Below, piece after piece: positions 17,701 through 26,499 of a DNA stretch of 38,020 nt. The DNA is from a virus. Its lineage: Duplodnaviria; Caudoviricetes. The position numbers were made by a program, and so were the translations under genes. The stretch spans positions 1 to 38,020 of IMG/VR virus record IMGVR_UViG_3300025403_000020. One strand, 5' to 3'. Every line of letters starts with the position of its first letter. Positions within the stretch are counted from its first letter, which is position 1. A model generated the notes under the pieces. That model was not told where the DNA came from and made no database searches. It saw only the letters and a program-made list of their open reading frames with translations.

Positions 17701-20159
17701 AAATTGTGGCGGGTATAAACTCAAATACAAGTAATCCTTCTGGTACAGCTTATGGACTTGTAATGTTTGATTCAACCCAGTCAACAAGTCTTACTGTTTT
17801 TATACAAGAAAATATTATAAATGGTGTTCGTCAGTATCAGCTGGGAGTAGGAGTAAATGGTAAAAGCTTTTTATCAGTTCCTTATATAGATGTAACAAAT
17901 ATTATTAATGATCAAATAAAATATCCAAAGGCATCTCCATTTGAAGATTATGCAAAATACATTAATTTGAAATTTGTTAAAGGTAGTGGAAATCCAAATA
18001 ATGCTTTTGAGGTTTTTATAAATAAAACTCAAGTACCTTTATCAACTCTTTCTGGTTTAACTGCTTCTAGTATTGATACTTCAGGCGGGTTTGGAATGTG
18101 TGTAGGTGGATTAAATACTGTTCCTGTAACCATTCAGTTTGGCGAACTTTATGCAACACAAACAGCATTGCTTGATGAAGGTGCTTTATATCACTATCAC
18201 CTACCTTGGTTTGCTGAAAAGTTGGCAAGTAATAAAAAGATATTTGAAATTAGTTGGATGGCACAATCAACACCAGCGGTATCTGGAATCAATTATTATG
18301 ATATAAAAGACACTCAGGCACCATCATTTGATGCCTATCCTTTAAAAATACCTTATAAATGGTATTACTACACTAATGGTGCTGCTCCAACATCAGGAAT
18401 TCCCCTGCCTTCTATAGATGTTGATGAGAACTCTTTAGCATATTCACCTATATATCACTCTGGATTTAAGAGCAGATTTGCAATAGTGAATGCTTCACCA
18501 TCAATGGTATGGTTAAGAAAATCTCCAGATACAATTAATAAAATAAATATAGACTTCAGCTTAATTACAGATTCACTTATAACACTAGGTGATGATGTAA
18601 TTGCAGAACAGGTTTTTGATGTAGCAAATATTAATGAAACTGTTGATATCACAAGTAGCTGGATTCAAGATAAAGATACTGCAATTTCTGTATTAAGAAC
18701 TATATCAAGAGCACTTGAAAGCTTTTCAAGAAATATAACTGTATCAGTATATGGTAATCCACTTTTTGAAATTGGCGATATTGTTGTAGTAAACTACAAA
18801 CTCAGAAATATAGTAAATCAAAAATATGTTGTTCAGGGAGTTCAACAATCGTTTGATACTGGTTTGTCAACTATTCTTACTTTAAATAATATTGGTGATG
18901 CAAAAGTTGTATTGCCAAACAAATACAGTGCTTCTGGAGCTTTGGGCGGTTCAGTCCTACCTGGCGGAAGTACTGGCGGTACAGGTGGCACAATACCTTC
19001 TCCAACACCAGCTCCAGTATTTTCAGTTGTGGGAACAACAGGAGCAACTGCAGGCACATTTAGCTTTGCATGGTCTAATCCACCAGTAGGTACAATTTCA
19101 TATAACGTAACAGTTAATGGACCAGGATCTGGAAGCTTATCTCCAAGTTATGGGTTAACAGGTGTACCACTTACAACAACATCAGAATCCTACACTGGAG
19201 GAATTCCAGGAGCTTTGTATAATATATCTGTTACTGCGATAGGTTCATTAGGAATCCTTGGAACAGCAACAGGGTATGCCAATGCATTTGGAGCGACTAG
19301 TGCATTCACAGCAACTGGAACAACGGGAAGCACACCTGGATCATTTACTATATCTTGGGCAAATGCACCATCTAATACATACCAGTATGCTATAAATGTA
19401 ACTCCAAGAACTGCTGGCATCTTACCAAGTACTCTTCAGTATGTAAATTCATCAACATCATCTCAAACATTTACAAATGCTACACCAAGTGGTTCTTACT
19501 CTGTAAATGTAACTCCATACGACATAAATCAAGTTCCTACTGTTCCAGGCGGTTTTGTAGTAAATAATGTAATTGCAGGTGCATCATCAACTATCCCATT
19601 GCCAGGTATTCCTACAATAACTTATTCTAGTCCAACAAGTAATACAGTAAGTGCGGGATTTACAGTAACTTGGGCATCATCTAATGCTACTAATTACAGT
19701 GTAAATATTAGTAGCAATGGAAATTCAGTTTCAGGTTATCCGAGAACCACTACAAATACAAGTGCAGTACTCACAGGTTTGGCTCCAAATACACAGTATT
19801 CTGTTTCTGTACAAGGAATAAATTTATCTGGTACTGGTCCTGTATTTACAAGTTCTACAACTACACAAGCAGCAACTTCATCAGGAACATTTAATGTTAG
19901 TGCAACTCAGGCTGGTTCTGGATCATTCAACGCTGTTTGGGCTAATCCACCAACAGGCACAGTTTCTTATAATGTATTGGTCTCTGGTCCAAACAGTGGT
20001 TTGCTTACCCCCTATTATAGCCTTACGTTAGTTCCTCTTACTACTACTTCAGAAAATTATTCACATGGAATTTCAGGTGGAACTTATACGATTACAGTAT
20101 CAGCACTTAATTCATCCGCTGTAGTCATTGGAACCGCTACAACTACCATAACTGCTTAA
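14742..20159 (+). CDS. Large tail-tip / baseplate hub protein with N-terminal carbohydrate-binding-like domain and four C-terminal FN3-like domains
   Basis: Position after the Dit-like gene. Hub-like motifs (AYVDSYGVLKF; GNPLFEIGDIV). YKVTFFAK..WTKFE..IDQLEV resembles CBM4/9-type folds. Repeated W..P....Y.V...Y.ISV.A units follow a Gly/Pro linker. Confidence 0.75.
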   Translation: MLGSSTIQQYFASGKSHYISPQVAFEWNYNLFYAPYLTTNGSPTKISISDSWSSTNNTITTVPSGRSTTVFLNDTGQTTRSCISINTTNNSSFAGFGDASITLSEISSTTNAYKVTFFAKVDRDAQVNLSALAYIDSHRAHSSSQIIDSIQWTKFEIYLSSQPLGTAYSSPTISLHHNSLDGATTYGVLIDQLEVHLTSDFEYKYGNLWSTAAPFNAFRPGESFVPSGNSLCQLPSNFRKINTDLSISTGSQVSNYKWNSQTMPVSPVVYHPTLLGTNAPNFNPIYKNGSLSEWSQYKYFVADSSIPTISAVYDQLLNVNKIVIKFNTVYSVPSSFTVTLGGFTNTASGSNTTVYSYSTTLINSDIDSSGTCILYYNSAGGWLTGTNPSGPWTGTADTTSVPGTPSFDYQGNIKFGGAKGGTVNATVQINSIQVTQNSSTVNSAYSSYTSVDENLTGTGSKVDKTSEFQRMQIVEISPRLEVDVSYYTMSVQTDAELDNQQNPLPISQISSNMATITLSSIPLNVSNTIVSLFSNNSTNSVLKGLFKNYVKCYVGYRILDSVTGSSSSDKVIPGGVFYVDTWDISDVEQTVVTAYDITKYLQLVQPTDYVSQSEDGFRLISNILDFAGFTDYDYDSLKKITSSKHTDTSGIQTTSQTPIRIRYFYVDGSQQKVFDVLREILEAYQIAAYVDSYGVLKFINIDGIFDPSNPINMQLHDTTGGVSVTGISGTNINDGYANSLTIDPNIVIDTFTETTKTKVGKATLTYKTPQIEKTISSDPRLANSSNLYVDFAPTFMDSTNAIWDSTIDDAATYNTLASTMKQSDTYFTVPSYEATAASTQDINFRSYSIDHDGYGIIENEIVSFQYKEWAFTGTGADNSIYNRSILNSADFAAQQAEINNLFGNNPYTAAATGRITNVKRGQFNTPVSDHIVMASLADIQTKFNTGSLTPSIINGNIAITQKVGAFAYLSANDPGVSSSVYNTFSTKIVAGINSNTSNPSGTAYGLVMFDSTQSTSLTVFIQENIINGVRQYQLGVGVNGKSFLSVPYIDVTNIINDQIKYPKASPFEDYAKYINLKFVKGSGNPNNAFEVFINKTQVPLSTLSGLTASSIDTSGGFGMCVGGLNTVPVTIQFGELYATQTALLDEGALYHYHLPWFAEKLASNKKIFEISWMAQSTPAVSGINYYDIKDTQAPSFDAYPLKIPYKWYYYTNGAAPTSGIPLPSIDVDENSLAYSPIYHSGFKSRFAIVNASPSMVWLRKSPDTINKINIDFSLITDSLITLGDDVIAEQVFDVANINETVDITSSWIQDKDTAISVLRTISRALESFSRNITVSVYGNPLFEIGDIVVVNYKLRNIVNQKYVVQGVQQSFDTGLSTILTLNNIGDAKVVLPNKYSASGALGGSVLPGGSTGGTGGTIPSPTPAPVFSVVGTTGATAGTFSFAWSNPPVGTISYNVTVNGPGSGSLSPSYGLTGVPLTTTSESYTGGIPGALYNISVTAIGSLGILGTATGYANAFGATSAFTATGTTGSTPGSFTISWANAPSNTYQYAINVTPRTAGILPSTLQYVNSSTSSQTFTNATPSGSYSVNVTPYDINQVPTVPGGFVVNNVIAGASSTIPLPGIPTITYSSPTSNTVSAGFTVTWASSNATNYSVNISSNGNSVSGYPRTTTNTSAVLTGLAPNTQYSVSVQGINLSGTGPVFTSSTTTQAATSSGTFNVSATQAGSGSFNAVWANPPTGTVSYNVLVSGPNSGLLTPYYSLTLVPLTTTSENYSHGISGGTYTITVSALNSSAVVIGTATTTITA

Positions 20160-20163
20160 AAAA

Positions 20164-20172
20164 TGATATAAT
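20164..20172 (+). promoter_or_regulatory. Extended -10 promoter (TGATATAAT)
   Basis: Exact motif in a 31-nt gap, followed by a GGGGGAGGT RBS. Confidence 0.7.
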
Positions 20173-20190
20173 TAGGGGGAGGTATAAACA

Positions 20191-21051
20191 ATGACAGTAC
20201 AGACAAGAAGCACAAAAGCTCCATTTAATGGTTCTCTTTCTCTTGCCACTAAAAACAAACAGCCTATTTATATCTCTTCCACAGATAAAAGAAATAACCC
20301 AGCTTATTTAAAGAGTCATCCAGGTCAAATAATTGTTTTATCTGAACAGGATTACGCCCTATGGCTAAGACAAGAATATATTTCAACGTCTTCTGATGGT
20401 GTGTCTGTACTCCTTAATGACAATGAAGCTATAGATCTTTATGGAACAATAGATCAAACTATTAGTGCTCCAGGTATACCTGTATGGAATACTTCTGACA
20501 TAAGTTATGTATCCACAGATACTGGAATATTTCAAAATATTGTAATATCATTTGATACATCTGCAAATGATCCTCTTGACGGATCATACACTTATCATGT
20601 ACACTATACCCCAGTAGCAGGAACTGCTCCAAACACCACTGGAACAGGACCAACACCTTCCCCAATATCTGGCTCTGGAGGAGTATCTGGTTCAGCTGCA
20701 CCAGGTTCAACTGTTCTTAATCCAGTAGGTACTATAACAACTGTATCTAATACTCCAACCCTTATATCAATAAGTTTTGGGGCAGTACCAAATGCGGTCA
20801 GTTATACAGTTACTGTAAGTGGAAATGGAGTTCCATATGCAAGCCCCACTTCTGGTTCCACATCTTTTGTTGTTCCATCTGCTGGAGGACCATCAACAAT
20901 TTCTCAAGCAATAGGATCTTTGGTTTCTGGGATATATTCATTTTCAGTAGCTCCTATATCTCCTGCAGTATTTTCAGGGGGACATACACTTTCTGTTCAA
21001 GTAAACTATGGTTCAGTAGGATCTTCATCGGCGGTGACTTATGCTATGTGA
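20191..21051 (+). CDS. Putative minor tail protein with FN3/Ig-like C-terminal domain
   Basis: In the tail module, Ser/Thr/Gly-rich. ISISFGAVPNAVSYTVTV is FN3-like. Confidence 0.55.
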   Translation: MTVQTRSTKAPFNGSLSLATKNKQPIYISSTDKRNNPAYLKSHPGQIIVLSEQDYALWLRQEYISTSSDGVSVLLNDNEAIDLYGTIDQTISAPGIPVWNTSDISYVSTDTGIFQNIVISFDTSANDPLDGSYTYHVHYTPVAGTAPNTTGTGPTPSPISGSGGVSGSAAPGSTVLNPVGTITTVSNTPTLISISFGAVPNAVSYTVTVSGNGVPYASPTSGSTSFVVPSAGGPSTISQAIGSLVSGIYSFSVAPISPAVFSGGHTLSVQVNYGSVGSSSAVTYAM

Positions 21052-21967
21052 TTTTAAAGGAACTTATGTTTTTAAACAAAATGGTGTAGAAATTGGTAGA
21101 TCTTCTAATCTTATTACATCCAATGGTCGTAAAATGATTTTGCAATTTTTGTCGGGAGCAAGACAAGATTGGGCTGCAGATATGGCTATAGGAGCAATGC
21201 CATCACCAGCACCAAGTTTAACAGACACACAACTTAACTTTGAAACATCAAGATATCCTGTAACTTTAAAAACTTTTGTTTCTGCTAATACATTAGCAAA
21301 CAATCCAGACCTTATCCTTGTAAGAGCAACATTGCCAATTGATTTGTATGCTAATATATATGAAATAGGTCTTTATGCAACAAAAAATTCTTTATTTTCA
21401 ACTTCAACAAGAAATAATATTGTTCTAACAGACTTTTCTGATTTGATTAATTGGACTTCCACTGGAACAGTTATTTTTAATTCTTATGTAGCACAAGGAT
21501 ATAGCTCCCCAAGAATTGGTGCTAATTCTGTAAGCTTATTGCCAAACAGTACTTATACTAATTCTAACTTATCAATAGGCTTTTCACACTACACATCAAA
21601 TGATTCTTTGCAGATTCTTGCTTTTAATACAACGGCGGGAACAATTAATGTAACAATAACAGACGCATCTGGCATATCTCAAACTATTCCGTTTACAACT
21701 ACTTCAGTTGCAGGATATTCAGTCTTATCATCAAACTTTGACCAATCAGTTAGCAGCACAAACTCAATTATTAATTTTAATAATGTTACTTCAGTAAGTA
21801 TTGCTACTACTTCAGGAACATATGCTACAATTGATGCTATAAAGGTTTCAAGTGCTAATGAAATTTCATTGGAAGAATCACTTGTTAGCAAATCAGTATT
21901 GGCAAGTCCAATTCCAAAAAATCCAAACGTAGCTTTGGATGTAGAGTATTATGTAGAGATGTTGTAG
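21041..21967 (+). CDS. Putative minor tail / baseplate-associated protein
   Basis: NLITSNGR..I...MAIG.....LTDTQLNFE..R and IYEIGLY motifs resemble phage tail-fibre attachment/baseplate proteins. Confidence 0.55.
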   Translation: MLCDFKGTYVFKQNGVEIGRSSNLITSNGRKMILQFLSGARQDWAADMAIGAMPSPAPSLTDTQLNFETSRYPVTLKTFVSANTLANNPDLILVRATLPIDLYANIYEIGLYATKNSLFSTSTRNNIVLTDFSDLINWTSTGTVIFNSYVAQGYSSPRIGANSVSLLPNSTYTNSNLSIGFSHYTSNDSLQILAFNTTAGTINVTITDASGISQTIPFTTTSVAGYSVLSSNFDQSVSSTNSIINFNNVTSVSIATTSGTYATIDAIKVSSANEISLEESLVSKSVLASPIPKNPNVALDVEYYVEML

Positions 21968-21974
21968 GTGTAAA

Positions 21975-24900
21975 ATGGCTACCAATAGTTTAGACGTTTT
22001 GGGCTTAACACCAAATCAAAGTTATTCTATACAAGTTTTTGCAACATATACTGATGCAGCGGGAACCCCACATGTTTCAAACTATTCTCCTGCATTAACA
22101 ATTACAACCCCTTCATTATCTGCAAGTGGTTCAAATTTTCAAACACCAAATTATGGAACAGATATACAATTATCTGGAGGTTCATTATATGCTGGAACAT
22201 TTCCATTAAATGTTGGTCAAACTGATTTAACTTTAACTAACCCTGCAGGTACAGGTGTAGTATTAAACCAAACAGGTGTAGGTGCATATAACGGTGGAGT
22301 TCAAGAATTTTTCTTAAATGCTAAAACTGGTAAAGCATATTTTGCAGGTAATTTAACAGCAGGTGCAATTAAGATAGGTCCAGGTGTTGATCCCACTGGA
22401 ACTAAAAATGGTATATACATAAATTCATATAACTATTGGTATGATGACGGCACTTGGTCTGCAACAGGAAACAATATTGCAGGTGCATTGCAGGGTGGTT
22501 CAATATTAAAACCAGCCGAAGTTACTGGATTAACAGCTGGCTGGAGCGGTACTACAACAATGACAGTATCATTTTCATTTGATATTGCAGGAGTTGTAGC
22601 GGGAGTTTCATCAAATCAATATGCTCAAGACTTTTTAATTACATTAACTCCAACGTCAGGTCCAGCTAAAACAATAAAAGTTCCTGTAAATAAAACTTCA
22701 ACATCACAACTATATGCATTAACATTATCATTAAATCAATCTTTGTTTGGAGTTCCAGTAACTCAATTCAGTAGCATAAAAGTTCAAGTTGAAGATTCAT
22801 TTGGAAATATAACAACTGGCGTAACAATATCTGCAGGATATAATTATGTGTCTCCTTTAACTGCTCCAACATCACTAACTATTACTCCAGTTAATAATGG
22901 ATATACTGTATCTTATACATCACCGACAGATCCTTCTTTTTCTTATATTGAAATTGCAGAATCAACCTCATCATCATCTGGTCCGTTTAATACCGTATAT
23001 ACTGGAAAACTTAATCCTGCTACAATAATCACATCTAGTTTAAGTGCAAGATGGGTAGAAGCTAGATTTGTTGACGTATTAGGAGTATCTACAACTTGGT
23101 ATGTTTATGGATCTTCTATTCAACCTGTATCACCTACAACTATCAGTACAGCAGCTCCTTTGCCAGTCACTGTAAATTCTGCGGGGTTCACAAGCTCTGG
23201 AACTGGAGAAGATGTCTCCATAACTATAACAGCATATAATAAATCTATTACAGCAGCATCTGGAACATCTACCATAACATACACAACAGGAACTACTGCT
23301 CATGGATTTGTTAATGGTGATCAGGTAGCAATATCTGGAATTACTGGCGGTACTGGGTTTAATACATCTGGTATTGTTTCTGGTGTAACCACATATACAT
23401 TTCAACTTACTTCGCAAAGTGCTTCTGGCACACCTACATCATATGCTGGTGCAGTTGTTCAGTATGCTAACGTAACATATATTGCAAAACTTACATCTGG
23501 AACACATAATGGTTATTTCTATTTAACTCCAGACGGAACATCAAACGTAAGTCAAACATTTACAATTTTTAAAAGAGATATGTATAATCAGTTTGGAGCA
23601 TATTACTACACGTTCTCTGGCTTGTTTATTACTACAGGATCAAATGGTGCAAATAATACGGGTGCAAGCATAACATCATTTTCAAGAACGGCAACAGTAA
23701 CAAGTACTACTCCAATTTTATCAACATATGCAGTTGCTGACGGATATACTGCTACATATGACTTTTCTGCAACAAACGCAACATATGGTGAAGTATATCA
23801 AAAGCACACATCATGGGGAACAATAACAGTTGCAATAGATTATCTTACTGGAACATTTGTCTCTAATAGCACAAATCAATTAGTGTTATCTAACGTTATA
23901 GATGATGATGGTAATGTGATAACTACAGCAGGTGATGTAAACGGTGCATTTCCAACAGGGTATCAAATTTTTGGAGCAAATGTTCCTGCAAATACATATA
24001 TTACGGCAGTCTCATATGCTGCACCTAATTTTACATTAACATTAAATAATAGTCTGACATCCACTGGCTCTGGAACCTATAGAGCAAATGCTTTGGTCCA
24101 TTCTGGAACAAGTCCAGCAAATATAACAAATAACCTTTATGATCCCTTTTATGTGCTTGTTAGATATTATGATGATTTTGGTTTTTCTTCAAATATATCT
24201 AATATCTCAACTGTTACTCCTAATAACTCTTCAAGTATTTCAAACTTTACAAATGCAGTAAATATTGGCGGTACCGCTGGATCAGTTTATGTTGGAGCAG
24301 CATTAAAATCTGCAACAATCTCTACAGTTTCTGGTTCTGGAACATTGATGACATATACTACATCTACTGCTCATGGTTTGTCAAGTACAGATGTGGTAAC
24401 AGTATCAGGAGTAGTTGTAGGCGGTACTACTGTAAATGGATATAATGTAACATCATCAGCAATTACAGTTACTGGAACTACAACCTTTACAATTTCTGGA
24501 ACTCAGACTGGTTCAGGAACTGTTACAGCAAATACAATTGTTGCTAATAATGGTGCAAGAGTATTCATGGCATCATCAGCAAATACTAATAATACTTCAC
24601 TCTCTGCGGGTATCTTTGCATTTGATAATACGGGAGCAATCGCTACAACATCACTTATCGCTAACACTAGTAGTGGTGGTTATACATTCAAAACTGTTAA
24701 TGCAAATATTGCTGACTGGGTTATTGATTCAACTCATATTCAAAATACTTTAGGTGCATCAGCCAACTATGTTGGATTATCTGCTACTGGAAACTATTCA
24801 ATTTGGGCGGGATCACCTTCATCTGGTAACTCAACAAATAATGCTAATTTTAGCGTAACTCCAACAGGAAATGTACAAGCAAGAAACATTTCTATTATTG

Positions 24901-26498
24901 GAAGCGGTCAGATAACTGGGGTAACAGTAAGTTCAACAACTATATCTGCTACATATACTACTTCTGCTGCTCATAACTTAGTTCCTGGACAATATATAAA
25001 TATAGCTGGATTTGCAACTACTTCATATAATTTTAATAATATAGCAATTACTTCTGTGCCAAGTCCAACAACATTTACTATAAGTGGTGTGTTTACAGCA
25101 GGAACAGGAACTGGAGGAACAGTAGTTCCTATCCTATTGTCTGCAGGAGGAGTGTTTAATGTAACAGGAACAGGAATCCTAACAGCAACAGGAGTAAATG
25201 TAACTGGGCAAATTACAGCACAAACTGGATCAATTACTGGAAATCTAACTTTAGGTGGATCTTTATACTCTAATACAATTAAGACAGCAAATATTACTGC
25301 GGTTACGCCAAATGCTACAACAGGTGCGTTATATGCAGCATCAGGGCATACATTTGTTGCTGGAGATGTTATTTCAATATCTGGAGTTGCACCATATCAA
25401 TATTCTGGAATATGGACAATTTCTTCAGTAGTAGCAGGAACATCATTTACAGTTTTAAGTAATTTAAACACTACAGCGGTAACAACAGCAACAGGTTCAG
25501 CTATATCAAGCGGTGTTCAATCATTTATAATTAATAAATCTGGATTAATATTTAATAGTCCTACAACACAAGGCGTAACAACTATTGATGGAAATACTGG
25601 ATTACTCGTTACACAATCAGCTTTAATAGGTGGATGGAATGTTGGTCCATCTTCAATAACAAAAACAAGCACAAGCGGTACTTTGACTTTAGATTCAACT
25701 TTATCTCAAATTACAGCATCTGGTTATAGCACTTATACTGCAGGTATGTCAGCACCGATCACAGGATCATCTACAGATAAAGTGTTTTGGGCGGGAGTAT
25801 CAAAAGTATCCCCTAATTTCTATGTACAAGCAGACGGAACATTAGTAGCAACTAATGCAACAGTTTCAGGAAGTGTTACAGCAAATACAATTGTTGCTGG
25901 GGCAAGTATAACTTCTCCAGTCATTACAAGTGGTTTAGCAAATGCCTCAACACCTACATCAGCAGGTTTCTATCTAAGTGCTGGATCTACGCCAAGTCTT
26001 TTAATTTCAAATGGAACTTCATATTTACAGTATAACGCTGGTTCTTTAAATGTAGTTGGTGGTTCTATTAATGGTGGAACAATTAATGGATCTTTATTCA
26101 CATCTAATTATCTAGGGACTGGCTCAGGATTAGCAATAAATTATTCATCATCAAATCAAATAAATTTTAGTTATAATGGTGTATTATCTGGTCAAATATA
26201 TTCTTATATAGTGAATGGTTCTGGAGGAGTAGTTATTAATTCTGGAACAGATTCAGTCACTATCGGTAACGGAGGAGGCTTTATAGGTAACTCTTCTGGA
26301 GGATTCTCTACCCTAAGTGGAGCTTCTGTTATTTCTGGAGGAACAGGATCAATACAGGTATCTTCATCTCAAGTTGTAGTAACAAATTCTTCTTCTATAG
26401 CAGCTTATGGCATAAGGAACATTGCAGCCTATTCTGGCTCAAATCCTTTGTCTGGATCACCAGCCACTTATCCTGGCTTAATAGTTTTGGTTTATTAA
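21975..26498 (+). CDS. Large tail fibre / adhesin-like protein (1507 aa) with FN3-like and repeated beta-barrel modules
   Basis: Extremely Thr/Ser/Gly-rich. FN3 signatures (GLTPNQSYSIQVFA; APTSLTITP). Four copies of an H.(F/L)..GD.V.ISG-type module. Confidence 0.75.
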   Translation: MATNSLDVLGLTPNQSYSIQVFATYTDAAGTPHVSNYSPALTITTPSLSASGSNFQTPNYGTDIQLSGGSLYAGTFPLNVGQTDLTLTNPAGTGVVLNQTGVGAYNGGVQEFFLNAKTGKAYFAGNLTAGAIKIGPGVDPTGTKNGIYINSYNYWYDDGTWSATGNNIAGALQGGSILKPAEVTGLTAGWSGTTTMTVSFSFDIAGVVAGVSSNQYAQDFLITLTPTSGPAKTIKVPVNKTSTSQLYALTLSLNQSLFGVPVTQFSSIKVQVEDSFGNITTGVTISAGYNYVSPLTAPTSLTITPVNNGYTVSYTSPTDPSFSYIEIAESTSSSSGPFNTVYTGKLNPATIITSSLSARWVEARFVDVLGVSTTWYVYGSSIQPVSPTTISTAAPLPVTVNSAGFTSSGTGEDVSITITAYNKSITAASGTSTITYTTGTTAHGFVNGDQVAISGITGGTGFNTSGIVSGVTTYTFQLTSQSASGTPTSYAGAVVQYANVTYIAKLTSGTHNGYFYLTPDGTSNVSQTFTIFKRDMYNQFGAYYYTFSGLFITTGSNGANNTGASITSFSRTATVTSTTPILSTYAVADGYTATYDFSATNATYGEVYQKHTSWGTITVAIDYLTGTFVSNSTNQLVLSNVIDDDGNVITTAGDVNGAFPTGYQIFGANVPANTYITAVSYAAPNFTLTLNNSLTSTGSGTYRANALVHSGTSPANITNNLYDPFYVLVRYYDDFGFSSNISNISTVTPNNSSSISNFTNAVNIGGTAGSVYVGAALKSATISTVSGSGTLMTYTTSTAHGLSSTDVVTVSGVVVGGTTVNGYNVTSSAITVTGTTTFTISGTQTGSGTVTANTIVANNGARVFMASSANTNNTSLSAGIFAFDNTGAIATTSLIANTSSGGYTFKTVNANIADWVIDSTHIQNTLGASANYVGLSATGNYSIWAGSPSSGNSTNNANFSVTPTGNVQARNISIIGSGQITGVTVSSTTISATYTTSAAHNLVPGQYINIAGFATTSYNFNNIAITSVPSPTTFTISGVFTAGTGTGGTVVPILLSAGGVFNVTGTGILTATGVNVTGQITAQTGSITGNLTLGGSLYSNTIKTANITAVTPNATTGALYAASGHTFVAGDVISISGVAPYQYSGIWTISSVVAGTSFTVLSNLNTTAVTTATGSAISSGVQSFIINKSGLIFNSPTTQGVTTIDGNTGLLVTQSALIGGWNVGPSSITKTSTSGTLTLDSTLSQITASGYSTYTAGMSAPITGSSTDKVFWAGVSKVSPNFYVQADGTLVATNATVSGSVTANTIVAGASITSPVITSGLANASTPTSAGFYLSAGSTPSLLISNGTSYLQYNAGSLNVVGGSINGGTINGSLFTSNYLGTGSGLAINYSSSNQINFSYNGVLSGQIYSYIVNGSGGVVINSGTDSVTIGNGGGFIGNSSGGFSTLSGASVISGGTGSIQVSSSQVVVTNSSSIAAYGIRNIAAYSGSNPLSGSPATYPGLIVLVY

Positions 26499-26499
26499 T

